Shown one piece after another: positions 27,639 to 38,881 of a stretch of 64,000 bases of DNA. The DNA comes from Chloroflexota bacterium. Lineage in GTDB: Bacteria; Chloroflexota; UBA11872; VXNJ01. Numbering within the stretch: position 1 is the first letter of the stretch; each line of letters begins with the position of its first letter. The DNA is taken from positions 2,853,908 to 2,917,907 of the forward strand of contig OZ244593.1 in the NCBI GenBank assembly GCA_965218195.1, given 5' to 3'. Under the pieces are notes generated by a model. The model searched no databases. It was not told the origin of the DNA and saw nothing but the letters and a program-made list of their open reading frames with translations. A program made the position numbers and the translations under genes.

Positions 27639-28839
27639 TGACCTTGCCCCCGAAAACGCCCTCGATTTTGAGTAGAGTCCGTTCAATGGGAGGAGACGGA
27701 CATGAGACGGAGCAGGTATCGCGAGGAACAGATCATCGGCATCCTCAAAGAGCACCAGGCGGGGTTGCCAGCCGCAGAGCTCTGCCGCAAGTACGGGGTC
27801 AGCGGCGCGACGTTTTACAAGTGGCGGTCCAAGTACGGCGGCATGGAGGTATCAGACGCCAGGAAGCTGAAGGGGCTGGAGGATGAGAACCGGCGCCTGA
27901 AGAAGCTGCTGGCGGAATCGATGCTGGATGTGGCGACGCTGCGCGAGCTACTTGCAAAAAACTTCTAACGCCCAGATTGCGGAGGAAGGCCGCGGCCTGG
28001 GCGATGACGGAGACTAGTCACTCGCAGCGCCGTGCCTGCGCTCTTGTCGGGATGGATCCGAAGACTTACCGCTATGAATCGAGGCGGCCGGACGACGCCG
28101 GCATCCGCAAGCGGTTGCGGGAATTGGCCGAGCAGCGCCGACGGTTCGGCTACCGCCGTCTGCACATCCTGCTGGCCAGGGAAGGCATCCGGCTCAATCA
28201 TAAAAAGCTCTATCGCAGCTATCGCGAGGAACGGCTCACGGTGCGCAAGCGAGGCGGGCGCAAGCGGGCGCTCGGCACGCGTGCCCCGCTGCTGCTCCCC
28301 TGGAACCGCAACCAGCGCTGGTCGCTCGATTTCGTCGCGGATGCATTGGCCGACGGCAGGCGGTTCCGCATCCTGGCGGTGGTGGACGACTTCAGCCGCG
28401 AGTGCCTCGCCCTCGTCGTCGACACATCGCTGTCTGGCGTCCGCGTGGCTCGGGAGCTGGACCGCATCGTCGAGCTGCGGGGCCGCCCCCGCATGCTGGT
28501 CAGCGACAACGGCACCGAGCTCACCTCAAACGCTATCCTGCGCTGGCAGCAGGAACGCGGCGTTGGCTGGCACTACATCGCACCGGGCAAGCCCGTGCAA
28601 AACGGCTTTGTCGAGAGCTTCAACGGCCGCCTGCGCGACGAGTGCCTCAACGAACATCTCTTCGCCGGCCTGGCCGAAGCGCGGCGGATCATCGCGGAAT
28701 GGAGGTACGACTACAACACAACACGCCCGCACACGAGCCTGGATGGGCTCACACCCAACGAGTTTGCAGCCCGCCCCAATTGGGGCCATAACCTGAAAAG
28801 ATTCTACTTATGAGTGAGGGTAAGTTGGGGGCAGGGTCA
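27639..28839 (+). mobile_element. IS3-family IS (IS407-like), 1201 bp, target duplication CGAC
   Basis: IRs TGACCTTGCCCCC / GGGGGCAGGGTCA; flanked by CGAC on both sides; near-identical copy at 43441. Confidence 0.95.
27702..28813 (+). CDS. IS3 transposase OrfA (27702-27968) / OrfB via -1 frameshift
   Basis: A AAA AAC slippery site at orfA end; FGYRRL, WSLDF, SDNGTE, VESFNG. Confidence 0.92.
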
Positions 28840-28911
28840 CGACATAGGCAAGCTCGGGGGCGAGTCCAGTAACGCATGTTTGTCGTCAATGGCGTGATTG
28901 GGGATGGAGAA

Positions 28912-29011
28912 TGGACTTGCCCCCATCTTGGTGCGAGTCGCAAGGTGAGTTTCGTGGTTCATCGATCAGCCGCCGGGGTCTTCAGAGCGAAGGTCTTCGG
29001 GGCGAGGTTCC
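28912..29011 (-). mobile_element. IS3 right-end fragment related to 24753-25223
   Basis: Reverse-complement similarity to 25125-25223. Confidence 0.7.
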
Positions 29012-29167
29012 CTACTGGGTCGTGGGGAGGTTCAGCAGACAGAATCGCCGCTGGCGCCAACTCAATGCGACTTGATGTCGATGTAGGTCTGCCTGGACTG
29101 CAGGATCAGCAGCGGGATAACGACACCCTATGTCTGCCTAGTGCAGATTAAGGGATGAGCACCACGT

Positions 29168-29716
29168 TCAACACGGGCCGCTACTTAGCTCCTCGAGTAG
29201 CTCGCGAGAATCTTCTAGACACGCAGCATCAAACCCCTCGTCGTCCGCCCATGCCAGCACCGACTCGAGGGCCGCCCGCATTCGATCGCTCTGAGAAGCA
29301 AAGACTTCTTCAGGCTCCGGAATCACCGACAGACCACTCCGGCCCGCCATTCCGCTACCGTGTTTCTCCAGCCAGCCCTTGCGTACCAGATGCGTTACAC
29401 ATTGATGGATTGTCGATCGCGACCGGCTCAGCGGTCGCGCGATCTCCGTAATTGTCGGTGACCGACCTTCAGTCTCAATGAAACCGCGTATGAAGTCGTA
29501 ACACCGCCTCTGAGCGGCTGTCAGCGGATCCCTGGACCTTCGATCGTCCCCAGCCAGAATCTCGTTGGCCGCCCTCGCCTTCCGCCTTGCCCAACTCCGG
29601 ACCACGCTATGCGCCGAATGCCGGCTCTTGTATCCGAGCCGTTCGGCTATCTCCTCGTAGGTATGACCCGCGATCCTCAGCTCGACCGCTTCGTCCTGTC
29701 TCGTCCGGTCGTCCAT
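29168..29716 (-). CDS. Double-HTH protein with LexA-type DNA-binding domain, no peptidase domain
   Basis: GHTYEEIAERLGY; LTAAQRRCYDFI...GRSPTITEIA...LVRKGWLE. Confidence 0.7.
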   Translation of the reverse strand: MDDRTRQDEAVELRIAGHTYEEIAERLGYKSRHSAHSVVRSWARRKARAANEILAGDDRRSRDPLTAAQRRCYDFIRGFIETEGRSPTITEIARPLSRSRSTIHQCVTHLVRKGWLEKHGSGMAGRSGLSVIPEPEEVFASQSDRMRAALESVLAWADDEGFDAACLEDSRELLEELSSGPC

Positions 29717-29805
29717 CAGTCTCCTGTATGCAGATTAGCCCCGGGCTGAGCAGATAATTCAACACAGCCTGGGAACATCAGCCCACTTCGTCTGCCGGTC
29801 GAGCC

Positions 29806-30330
29806 CTAGTTCCCGCCCGTCAGGGTGAAGACGAGGCCGTTCATGATGAGCACCGGGATGAATGCCAGCAGGATCACGAATACAGCCCGCATCGTTGACG
29901 TGTAGTCGAGGCTCTGCCGCACCGCAACCACCATGCCCGCGAACGTCCACACGAATGTCAGCAGAGAGATGACTATTCCAATCCCCGGTATGAAGCCGAC
30001 CACGTTCAGCAACCCCGGGGTTTGGGCGAATCCCGTGCCGCGCGCCAGCTGCCCCCAGTCGGCTTCGGTGTCTTCCGTCTTCAGTAGCGTCGCGCCGATC
30101 AGCCAGGTGAACAGCGCCCACAGGGCCCAGCTAGCGACACCACGGATGATGCCGGCGGCGAGGCCCCTCACGACGTCGACGCCGTCACCGCCTAGCATCT
30201 GGCCGACTACGCTGGCGATCGTGACGAGTATCACGACAATCAGCGCTTGTCCGGTGGCCCCGCGGTCCCTCTCGACTTCCTCGTAGGTGTCTACACTCAA
30301 GCGGGCGGCGCCCAGCATCCTGTCTATCAT
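29806..30330 (-). CDS. Yip1-like membrane protein
   Basis: YEEVE.D..ATGQALIVV, several TM helices, GFAQTPG, AVRQSLD. Confidence 0.7.
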   Translation of the reverse strand: MIDRMLGAARLSVDTYEEVERDRGATGQALIVVILVTIASVVGQMLGGDGVDVVRGLAAGIIRGVASWALWALFTWLIGATLLKTEDTEADWGQLARGTGFAQTPGLLNVVGFIPGIGIVISLLTFVWTFAGMVVAVRQSLDYTSTMRAVFVILLAFIPVLIMNGLVFTLTGGN

Positions 30331-30382
30331 TGAGTCTCTCCACTTCGGATTTCACCGAGCCGAGCACGACGGGCGCGGCTTA

Positions 30383-33300
30383 TCACACCACCATCGCAAT
30401 TTCGCCGCTTACGGCCTGCTGCCAGATATGTGTATAGACGTCGCTGGCAACCGCTTGCTTGTCCTCCACAGCAAATGGCGGTGTTGGCAGGCTGTCGAAG
30501 AGTTCATCGAGGATGAATACTTGCATTTCCGCCTTGGTCTGCTCCTTCTCCCAGAAGTGGTCGAGCTCTGCGAGTCGCGCCTTGATCGCCGCCAATAGGT
30601 CGCGGCTTGACTGTTTAACCCTTTCGCGCTCTGCTTTCCCCAAGTTGTCCTTCTTCAGAAGGTCGAATAGGGCGAGCTCGTCCTCGCTGAGTCCCTCCTC
30701 GACAGCGCGTTTCTGTTCGGCGTCCAGCTCGTCCACTAGCTCGATGAGCCGCCGGAAAGTCTCCTCGATGGTGACGCGGTCCTTGTCGCGGTTGTAGTCA
30801 GCGACGATCTCCTCGTATTTCTGCTGGTAGTCCATACGCGAGGGATTGCCGGCCAGCATCTGTGCCAGCTTCTGCTCGACGATCTCACGGATGTCCTGAA
30901 GCGCAGTCGCCTTGTGTCGGACCTTCTTAGCGAATTCTTCGCGCAGTTTTTCCATGTCGATCTGGCTGAGGTCTAAGGTCAGCTCCTCGGCCTGGTCGTC
31001 GCCCGGCGCCTGCGTGCGGATCGCCTCGTTGACGATCCGGTGCAACTCCTTCAGCAGCTCCGTCACGTCCGCAGTATCGCGCCTCTCGGTGAGCTTCTTG
31101 TAGATCGCCTCGACGTTGTCGTGACGCTCGGCATATGCGAACACCGACGGCTCCATCAGCAGCGCCTTGAAGCGCACGAACACCTGTCGAGCTAGGACCT
31201 CGAACCGGCGCTTGGCCTCGTCGCTGGCATAAACGGCCTCGACTGCGTCCTTCAGACCCTTGATGCGTGCGAACCCCATCGCGCCGATCAAAGCCGCGGG
31301 GTTGAAACCGAGGCCGCGTAGGTGCGCCTCAGTCGCCTCGATGGACTCTATCAGCGCCTGCACACGCTCCTCTATTGGCGCGACCACCTCCTCGCCGTCA
31401 GTGTCGTCATCGCCGAGGGCGTATTGCGCCAAGGCCTCCCGCAGGCTCTTTAGCACGCCGTTGTAGTCGACGATCAGCCCGAAATCCTTGCCGGGATAGA
31501 CGCGGTTGGCGCGCGCGATGGCCTGCATCAGGGTGTGCGCCTTCATCGGTTTGTCGATGTAGAGGGTCGACAGGCATTCCACGTCGAAGCCGGTCATCCA
31601 CATGGCACACACGATGGCCACACGGAAGGGATGGTCCGGATCCTTGAATGCAGTCTCGACATCCACCCGCTGGCCGTCGGCAGTGTCGAAGCCCTGCTTC
31701 ATCAGAGCGCGGTGGGGGATGATGTCGAAGCCCCAATTTGCGAAGTCTTTGACCTCGTTCTGGGCCTCGCTGATGATGATCTCGACGATAGTTTCGTTTA
31801 GCCATGCAGCCTGCGCCGCCAGCTCGTTGGCCTCCTCGGCAAGAGAGGCGCGGACAACCTCTTCAACTGACGCCTCCGACTCCGCGCGCTTCTCTTGTGC
31901 GGCCAGACGGACAGCCGCCGTCTTCTCCTCCCATCTCGGAACTATCAGTTGCAGCATCCGGGCACAGGTGATCTTGTCAATGCAGACCAACATCGACTTG
32001 CCGGATTGCCAGCGAGTTGCACAGTGTTCGACGAAGTCGGCCGCGATCTTCTCCAGCCGTTCGTCCGCAGTGATGACCTCGTAGTCCTGGCCCAGCAGCT
32101 TGTCGAGCAGCGCCTCCTGGTCGGGATCGAGCTCGGCCTCCTCTATCTTCGCCGCGATGCGGCGGTTCAGGTCGGTCCGGGCGACGCCCAGCTTCTCGCC
32201 GCGATTCTCGTAGACCAGCTTGACGGTGGAGCCGTCCTCCTCGGACCGCTTGAAATCGTAGCGCGAGATGTAGTCGCCGAAAATGCGTTTTGTAAGCTCG
32301 TCCTGCTTGAAAAGGGGCGTACCGGTGAAGCCAATGAAGGACGCGTTCGGCAGCGCGAGGCGCATGTTGCGCGCCAGCCGTCCTGCCTGGGTACGGTGTG
32401 CCTCGTCCGAAATGACAATGATGTCGTCGCGCTCGCTGTAAGGCTGCTCCGGGGCGATATCCTTGTTGAACTTATGGATGAGGCTGAAGACATACCGGTG
32501 GTTTTCCTTCAGCCGCTTCTCCAGATCGTCGCCTGACGCGGCGCGCGGAGTCTTCTTGTCGGCGATGCCGCAGCCGACGAAGGTCTTGTATATCTGGCTG
32601 TCGAGGTCGTTTCGGTCGGTCATCAGCAAGAAGGTGAAGTTGCCTTCCAGCTTCCGCCGCACCTTCTCGGCAAAGAACGCCATGGAATAGGACTTGCCGC
32701 TACCCTGGGTGTGCCAGAACACGCCGAGCCGGCCGAGGTCGGGATGAGCCCGCTCGATGATATCGACCGGTCCTTCGGGAATGAACGGTGACGCGACTTC
32801 CGACTGCCCCAGCACTGACTGCTTCGCGGTCGGAATTCGGGATTCAAGCGGAAGTTCGACGACGCGGTACCGGAGGCGCTGCTCCAGAGGGAACGTCAGC
32901 TTGAGTTCATCTTGCCCCTCCACCGACGCGACGGCCCGGTTGACGCCCAGAACCTGGTGGTTGCGAGCGATCACCTTGCGCGTGGCGCCCGGCTTGCTGT
33001 CGTCGAACAGGATGAAATTCTCGATAATGTCCAGTAGCCGCTCTTGCGCCAGCATGCCGTTCAGCAGCACTTCGGCTTCGAGACTGCCTTTGTCCGCCTC
33101 GTCGAGCCGCTTCCATTCGGAGAAATGCCCCCACTCGCTGGTGATCGAGCCGTAGCGGGCGCGGTCGCCGTTCGACACGATCAGTAAGGCATTGTGGTGG
33201 AAGGCGTGGGCGATGACGTTCTCGTCCATGTAGTCGGAGAGGTTGTTGTCGAAGCCCTCGCGGATGTTCTTGTGGACCGCCTTCAGCTCGATGAACACTA

Positions 33301-33796
33301 GCGGCAGGCCGTTGACGAAACAGACGAGGTCGGCGCGGCGGTTGTAGTTCGGCGTGCGGACACCGGTGAGCTTCAGCTCGCGCACGGCGAGGAAGCGATT
33401 GGAACCCGGCGTGTTGTCGAAGTCGATCACCCGGGCGCGGGCGGACTGCTGGCGCCCCTGGGCATCCTTGTACTGGACGCGAACGCCGGTTCGAATCAAT
33501 CTGTAGAAATCGCGGTTGTGCTGCACCGTCGAACGGCTGACATCGTAGATCGTCAGTTCCCGCAGTGCGTCTTCGACGGCGGAGGCCGGCAGATCGGGAT
33601 TCAGCCGTTCCAACGCGGCTCGTAGATCACGGGTCAGTACCGCCTCCTTGGCGTCGGACCGGCCGAGGGTGCCGTCCACGCCGAAGGACTCCTCGTTCCA
33701 GGCATAGACGCTCTCCCAGCCCAGCCCCTGCTCCAGGTGCTCGGCAAAGGTCGCCTGCACCAGCCGGTCTTCGCTGTTGACGGGCGTCACCGCCAC
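30383..33796 (-). CDS. hsdR: Type I restriction endonuclease subunit R
   Basis: RADLVCFVNGLPLVFIELK, WHTQGSGKS, DEAHR, GFTGTP, QAIARANR. Confidence 0.96.
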   Translation of the reverse strand: MAVTPVNSEDRLVQATFAEHLEQGLGWESVYAWNEESFGVDGTLGRSDAKEAVLTRDLRAALERLNPDLPASAVEDALRELTIYDVSRSTVQHNRDFYRLIRTGVRVQYKDAQGRQQSARARVIDFDNTPGSNRFLAVRELKLTGVRTPNYNRRADLVCFVNGLPLVFIELKAVHKNIREGFDNNLSDYMDENVIAHAFHHNALLIVSNGDRARYGSITSEWGHFSEWKRLDEADKGSLEAEVLLNGMLAQERLLDIIENFILFDDSKPGATRKVIARNHQVLGVNRAVASVEGQDELKLTFPLEQRLRYRVVELPLESRIPTAKQSVLGQSEVASPFIPEGPVDIIERAHPDLGRLGVFWHTQGSGKSYSMAFFAEKVRRKLEGNFTFLLMTDRNDLDSQIYKTFVGCGIADKKTPRAASGDDLEKRLKENHRYVFSLIHKFNKDIAPEQPYSERDDIIVISDEAHRTQAGRLARNMRLALPNASFIGFTGTPLFKQDELTKRIFGDYISRYDFKRSEEDGSTVKLVYENRGEKLGVARTDLNRRIAAKIEEAELDPDQEALLDKLLGQDYEVITADERLEKIAADFVEHCATRWQSGKSMLVCIDKITCARMLQLIVPRWEEKTAAVRLAAQEKRAESEASVEEVVRASLAEEANELAAQAAWLNETIVEIIISEAQNEVKDFANWGFDIIPHRALMKQGFDTADGQRVDVETAFKDPDHPFRVAIVCAMWMTGFDVECLSTLYIDKPMKAHTLMQAIARANRVYPGKDFGLIVDYNGVLKSLREALAQYALGDDDTDGEEVVAPIEERVQALIESIEATEAHLRGLGFNPAALIGAMGFARIKGLKDAVEAVYASDEAKRRFEVLARQVFVRFKALLMEPSVFAYAERHDNVEAIYKKLTERRDTADVTELLKELHRIVNEAIRTQAPGDDQAEELTLDLSQIDMEKLREEFAKKVRHKATALQDIREIVEQKLAQMLAGNPSRMDYQQKYEEIVADYNRDKDRVTIEETFRRLIELVDELDAEQKRAVEEGLSEDELALFDLLKKDNLGKAERERVKQSSRDLLAAIKARLAELDHFWEKEQTKAEMQVFILDELFDSLPTPPFAVEDKQAVASDVYTHIWQQAVSGEIAMVV

Positions 33797-33833
33797 ATCA
33801 CACGTCCCCTTCTGATGGTGTCTAGCGCGGCCA

Positions 33834-35081
33834 TCAGACCGCGATCGCCCCGTTCATCAGACGCGGAAGTAGTAGGTCGCGGGCCTGGGCGAGTTTCTGA
33901 TTCAACAAGGCGAGGCGGAAAACCTGTGCTACCTGCGCTTCGACATGTTCGTTGAACAGATTTCTCAGCGGTTCTGGAGGAAGCGAAAACCGCAGAGTCT
34001 TGAGTTTGTCTTGGCTAATGCCTGGCTGCGCCGTGTTCGAATTGAGATTGACGATTGATTGGCGTGTCTCAGGCTGAGACAGCCAAAAGTAGAGGTAGTT
34101 TTGGCCCACTTTCGCGGAAGCACGAAGGATGAAGACGTGCTCATTGACTGCGCATTGGAAATGTGGAAAGCCGTCTCCGAACATCGAACTCCGACCAATA
34201 TTTGCACCGTCCTTGTAGAGCAAGACGTCCCGGCTTTTGATTACACCACGGCGCATTTTCGCGAAGTACTCTTCGGGAACATATTTCTCCTTTGAGAAAT
34301 CGTACTGGCCCAGAGCAATTACATTCTCCGCGCCGATGGAGGGAATGCCTTCATTCTCCGATGCTCCGCCACGCGGACGCCCGCCAGATTCGAGCGCAAT
34401 CAATACTTGCTCCATCTTCACGCGCTCCCATCCCTCGGGCAGGCCGTTGGTTATCTTGACTTGCTCATGGCCGGGGAAGCGGAAGTGGACGAACCACTCG
34501 CGGTAGAGCAGCCGAGCTGCCTCCTCCAGCAACGCAATCCGCCGCCGGTTGTTCTCGATCAGGTCGTCGTAGGCGGATAGGATCTGCCCAAGTTTCCGTT
34601 GCGTTGGCACAGTTGGCAGCGAGCCAAGCTTGAGCCTACGAATATCTCGCATATTTACGTGGCGGGCGGTCGCGCCAGTTTCGCCAGCCAGCAATGCGCC
34701 CTGCTGCCGAGGAGCGAGCAAGTAGTAGCACAGGAATGCCGGATCGACTTTCTCGCAATCAGGGCGCAAATGGACAGTGCGCTGGCCTAGGCAGACCGTC
34801 TGACCTTCTCCAATGATCGCCACATTCCCTGCGGGTGCCTCTCGCGCCATGATTAGATCATCGGGCTCAGGAATAGCCCGCTTAGTCCATTCCGCGTAAA
34901 CGTCCTCAGAAACTCGATTGACCCCTTCTAGCGTCAGGCGGCCCCATCCGACATTGGGTGTACGAATTGATGGATAGCCGGTCGACTGCGTGGGTGCCGT
35001 TTTGTGTAGACAATCCACGATGAACTCACAAACTTCATCGAGCGTTGGGGTTTCCGCATGCTGAGTTCCAGTGACTTTCAC
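33834..35081 (-). CDS. hsdS: Type I RM specificity subunit S
   Basis: Two TRDs separated by ILSAYDDLIENNRRRIALLEE..LYREWF; C-terminal RDLLLPRLMNG. Confidence 0.93.
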   Translation of the reverse strand: MKVTGTQHAETPTLDEVCEFIVDCLHKTAPTQSTGYPSIRTPNVGWGRLTLEGVNRVSEDVYAEWTKRAIPEPDDLIMAREAPAGNVAIIGEGQTVCLGQRTVHLRPDCEKVDPAFLCYYLLAPRQQGALLAGETGATARHVNMRDIRRLKLGSLPTVPTQRKLGQILSAYDDLIENNRRRIALLEEAARLLYREWFVHFRFPGHEQVKITNGLPEGWERVKMEQVLIALESGGRPRGGASENEGIPSIGAENVIALGQYDFSKEKYVPEEYFAKMRRGVIKSRDVLLYKDGANIGRSSMFGDGFPHFQCAVNEHVFILRASAKVGQNYLYFWLSQPETRQSIVNLNSNTAQPGISQDKLKTLRFSLPPEPLRNLFNEHVEAQVAQVFRLALLNQKLAQARDLLLPRLMNGAIAV

Positions 35082-37192
35082 GCTCCCAACTCCTCGAAGT
35101 TCCGAGCGATCCGCGCCGCGAGCTGAGACGCTTCCTCGTTCAGCTCGTTGAGGTCGACGTGGATAGACCGCAGCGCCTCCTCGAAGTCGAAGTCCTCGTC
35201 TTCCTCCTCCGGCGCGACTCCTACGTAGCGGCCCGGCGTCAGACTCCAGTCGTGCGCCTCGATCTCTGTCCGGGCGACCAACTTCACCAGTCCCTCGACA
35301 TCGCGCAGTTTGGTATCGGGAAACCGCTCTTGCAGCCAGTCGGCCTGGCGCACGAAATACCGCGGGCGGCGCAGCACTTCGACGCCTGCGGTCCGCGCGT
35401 CCTCCAGCGCCCTGCGCGCCCTGTTGATGTCAGTGTTGGCCCAGAGTTCCGACTCGCGCGCGTGGAGCTCGTTCACCGCCATGTCGGCGGTCCTGCCAGC
35501 GAGCTTCGCCGCCAGATCGATCCGCTTGGTCAGGTCTTGACAGCGTTCGGCCACGTCGTGCATGCTCTCGCGCTCTGCGTGCAACGCGGCATTGTCCCGC
35601 GTCGCCCCGTTTCCGCTTTGCCCCCAGTCAGCCGCCCGTGCCGCAACCTCGGCCGCGAACGCCTCGATGCCGGCCGCCAGCGTAGCCTGAGTAGAGGTGA
35701 GTTCCTTCCATGTCTTCTCCAGCGGATCGGGATCGCGCCCCTCGTTGGCGAACGGCGCGGCCAGATCGATCAGCTCCCGAAGCGCCGCCTTGAAGTCCAA
35801 TAGCGGCTCGACAGCTGCTTGCCCCTCGGCAACGGCCCGCGCGAGATAGCTCTCGACCAGACTCAGGAACCGCTCGGACTGGCCCCGGTAGAGCCAGACG
35901 ACGGCGGCGATGTTCTTCTGCTGCTCGGTGCTGAAGTCGTAGATGGCGCGCGTAACTTTGCGGTGGATGTTGCGCGCATCGAGCATCAGGACGTGGTCGC
36001 GCCGGGCTTGATCCCTCTCTTTCGCCCGGTCGAAGAACCAGAGCTGGCAGGGGACGGTACGCGTATAGAAGAAGCTTCCGCGGATGTCGATCATCACGTC
36101 CACGGCGCCCGTCTCGACCAGCTTCCGGCGCACCTTGGCCTCCGCCCGCCCCGCGCTCGAGGCCTGCGAGGACATAACGACGCCGGCGCGTCCGTTCTCG
36201 TTCAGGTAGCTGTAGAAATACTGAAGCCACAGATAGTTGGCGTTGGAGACCTTGTTGGCTTTGTTCACGCCTGGCAGACCGAACGGCACGCGCCTGTCGC
36301 CCTTGACCTTCTCGGCGTCGACCTCGTCCACGTTGAAGGGCGGATTGGCCATGACGAAGTCGCACTTTCCGGCCAGCTCGTGCGGGTCCTTGTAGTAAGT
36401 GATCGCCTCGTTCCCGGCGCGGAGTCTCCCCTCCAGTCCGTGAACGGCGAGGTTGACTTGGGCCAGCTTCGCGGTCGTCTCGTTCTTCTCGTGGCCGTAG
36501 AACGTGACCCGCTGCATGGCGTCTTCGCCCTTGACCTCGATGAAATGGCCCGACTGCACGAACATGCCGCCCGAGCCGCAGGCGGGATCGAAAACGATGC
36601 CGTGATCTGGCTCGATAACGTTGACGATGGTCTGGACGATCGAGGGCGGCGTAAAGAACTCGCCGTTGTCGTGCGCTCCCTGCTTGGAAAACTCGACAAG
36701 GAAGTATTCGTAGATGCGGCCGAACACATCGCCCAAAGCCCCGCGCAGCGCCTCGGAATCGAAGGTCCGCATCATCTCTTCCAGGACGTCGTCCTCGAAG
36801 CGCTCGTAGTCCTTCGGCAACTGCCCAGCGAGCGGCGGAAAGTGGTCTTCCACGGAGTCCATGGCGGCGGTTACGGCTGAGCCGAGATTGCCATCCTTCG
36901 GCATCTGCAACAGCACGTCATAGCGCGCCGCCTCGGGCAGCATGAGGGCGCGGCGCCGGGTGAAATCCGCCTCAATCAGCGGGCGGTCCGGCATCTCTCC
37001 TGAGGCCTTGTCTTTGTCGATAGCCGCCAACGCCGCGTAGTAACGGTTCGTCGCATGTCGCAGGAAGATCAAGCCAAGGATAGGCATGAAATATTCGTTC
37101 GATGCGAGGTTCGAGTTGGCCCGCAGGTTATCCGCGACCTTCCAGAGATCCGCCTCGAACTTCTCGATGCCGGTCAGGTGGTCCGCGATCAA
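35078..37192 (-). CDS. hsdM: Type I RM N6-adenine methyltransferase subunit M
   Basis: LWKVADNLR, GEFFTP, DPACGSGG, NPPF, LTPGRYVG. Confidence 0.96.
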   Translation of the reverse strand: MIADHLTGIEKFEADLWKVADNLRANSNLASNEYFMPILGLIFLRHATNRYYAALAAIDKDKASGEMPDRPLIEADFTRRRALMLPEAARYDVLLQMPKDGNLGSAVTAAMDSVEDHFPPLAGQLPKDYERFEDDVLEEMMRTFDSEALRGALGDVFGRIYEYFLVEFSKQGAHDNGEFFTPPSIVQTIVNVIEPDHGIVFDPACGSGGMFVQSGHFIEVKGEDAMQRVTFYGHEKNETTAKLAQVNLAVHGLEGRLRAGNEAITYYKDPHELAGKCDFVMANPPFNVDEVDAEKVKGDRRVPFGLPGVNKANKVSNANYLWLQYFYSYLNENGRAGVVMSSQASSAGRAEAKVRRKLVETGAVDVMIDIRGSFFYTRTVPCQLWFFDRAKERDQARRDHVLMLDARNIHRKVTRAIYDFSTEQQKNIAAVVWLYRGQSERFLSLVESYLARAVAEGQAAVEPLLDFKAALRELIDLAAPFANEGRDPDPLEKTWKELTSTQATLAAGIEAFAAEVAARAADWGQSGNGATRDNAALHAERESMHDVAERCQDLTKRIDLAAKLAGRTADMAVNELHARESELWANTDINRARRALEDARTAGVEVLRRPRYFVRQADWLQERFPDTKLRDVEGLVKLVARTEIEAHDWSLTPGRYVGVAPEEEDEDFDFEEALRSIHVDLNELNEEASQLAARIARNFEELGA

Positions 37193-37239
37193 TGTCTTGA
37201 ATCCTCACTCAAACTGATGACCGCCCGGATGCATCCACA

Positions 37240-37578
37240 TGGCTTGCCCCAAGGCTTGTACCACCAGTCATGTTAAGCCCGCGAGCGTTGTGGACTTGCC
37301 CCCATCTTGGTACCAGTTGCAAGTTTAGTTTCGCGGTTCATCGAACAACCGCCGGGGTCTTCATGGCGAAGGTCTTCGGGGCCAGGTTCCCCAAGGCGCC
37401 GTGGGGACGCGCGGCATTGTAAGTACATACGCCAATCTTCTATCGTCTCTCTGGCATCGGCCAACGACAGGAACCAGTTCTCGTTCAGACATTCCGCCCG
37501 AAGCCTGGCGTTGAATGCCTCGATCATGGCATTGTCAGTGGGCTTGCCTGGCCGACTGAAGTCGAACTCCACACCATT
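37240..37578 (-). mobile_element. Two abutting IS3 remnants (37240-37286 right IR of the 46072 type; 37291-37578 3' orfB of the 24753 type)
   Basis: CCCCAAGGCTTGTACCACCA match to 46079ff; FSRPGKPTDNAMIEAFNARLR. Confidence 0.8.
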
Positions 37579-37737
37579 ATGGCTGTGGTCCGAGGCGTCC
37601 TCCCTCGCAGTGCCAGCCAGGGCAATGCCTTCACCACGCGACGAACTCCCAGGCTCCCGTCGACCAGCCCTCGGGAGGCAGGCCACTTTTGTACAACTGA
37701 CCGCCTGAAGGTTTCATTACCATAGGGCGCACGGTGG

Positions 37738-38544
37738 CTATGGCTCTCGCCTTACCAGCGACCGCCAAAAGTGCCGGGCGTTTTGAAGGTTCTCCCGGGT
37801 CATATCCGTCGGTGGAGACAGCACGAAGTTCGGCCCGCCAACATCCCATGAGAACCCAACCGGCTCGATCGTCGCATTGACGAGTTCGGTATATAGACGG
37901 AGGCGTTCAACCCGATTCCTCTCCCAATAGCAACGCATAAAAAGGTCGAAGTAGCCCGCGTCAGAAGTCTACCAATATCGAACGGCTTCTTTTTCGCCCC
38001 GCCACGGCAGGCCACGAAGGTTGAAGTAGTCGACCATTAGGTCGGAAAGCTGGTACAACATCCTCAGGTCCACTGCCCGCTCGTAAACTGGGTCCGGGGA
38101 ATCGGACATGCGTTGGGTCTGCGCAAGATTGTAGATCGCGTGGTTCGAGCGACTAACTGACTCCCCTTCCGTGAGTTTCGGACTCGATTCACTTCGCTTC
38201 AGCGCATCGCGTAGCAGCTTGAGACTTCCAGACCTGTCCAATGCGATTACGCCGGACGGGACCCAGTTGAAGAAACTTGCCCTGGAGTCTGACAGAGAGA
38301 TCGTGCCTAGCTCGGTTCTGACTAGCTCCTCGACCTGTTGTAGCGTCACCATAATCAGATCAATCAGAATGCCGCCGCAATAGACCGTGCCATTGGTAAT
38401 CGACAGATCACACTCATTTAGGACGATGAGCAGGTCTCGATCACTATGGGCATTGAGGGTTGCCTGTCCAGTCGAGCCCAGGAACAACAAGCCGTCCACG
38501 TTTCGGTTCTCTTTCAGGCGTTCGACCAGAGATTCGAAATCCAT
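37738..38544 (-). pseudogene. Nucleotidyltransferase-domain protein with in-frame TAG at 37969-37971
   Basis: LFLGST...SDRDLLIV motif; reading frame continues RYW*TSDAGYFDLFMRC to 37738. Confidence 0.65.
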
Positions 38545-38806
38545 TCCTCACCGCATACCAGGCTCGCACAGTATCAACGACCGGGCTTCTACTTCACCAT
38601 GCATCATCGCCAATACAACCGATGGGCGCTTCAGCCTACCAAGGACTGATATACCGCCACTTCTTCCCCACGTACTCACTATCTGTCGAGCACAATTGTG
38701 CGAGCTTCAGCCTGAGCGTCAGCACGACGGTTCTTGATTTTGGTCAGTTTGGCGGATCGGACCCGATGCCGAATGTACGCGGGCGGCAAGGATGCAGACG
38801 GCACCA

Positions 38807-38834
38807 TTCACACATAGGGCTTGATATATCTGCA
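38807..38834 (+). other. dif-like 11-6-11 site, copy 2
   Basis: TTCACACATAG-GGCTTG-ATATATCTGCA; marks the start of homology with the 798 copy. Confidence 0.5.
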
Positions 38835-38881
38835 AACCAGAGCAATCGTCATGCGGACCTTCTCCCGCAAAGGAGTTCACC

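Noticed and set aside
33834-35081. Phase-variable (shufflon-type) hsdS driven by the nearby recombinases
   Set aside because: Only one hsdS; no silent TRD copies or flanking inverted repeats found
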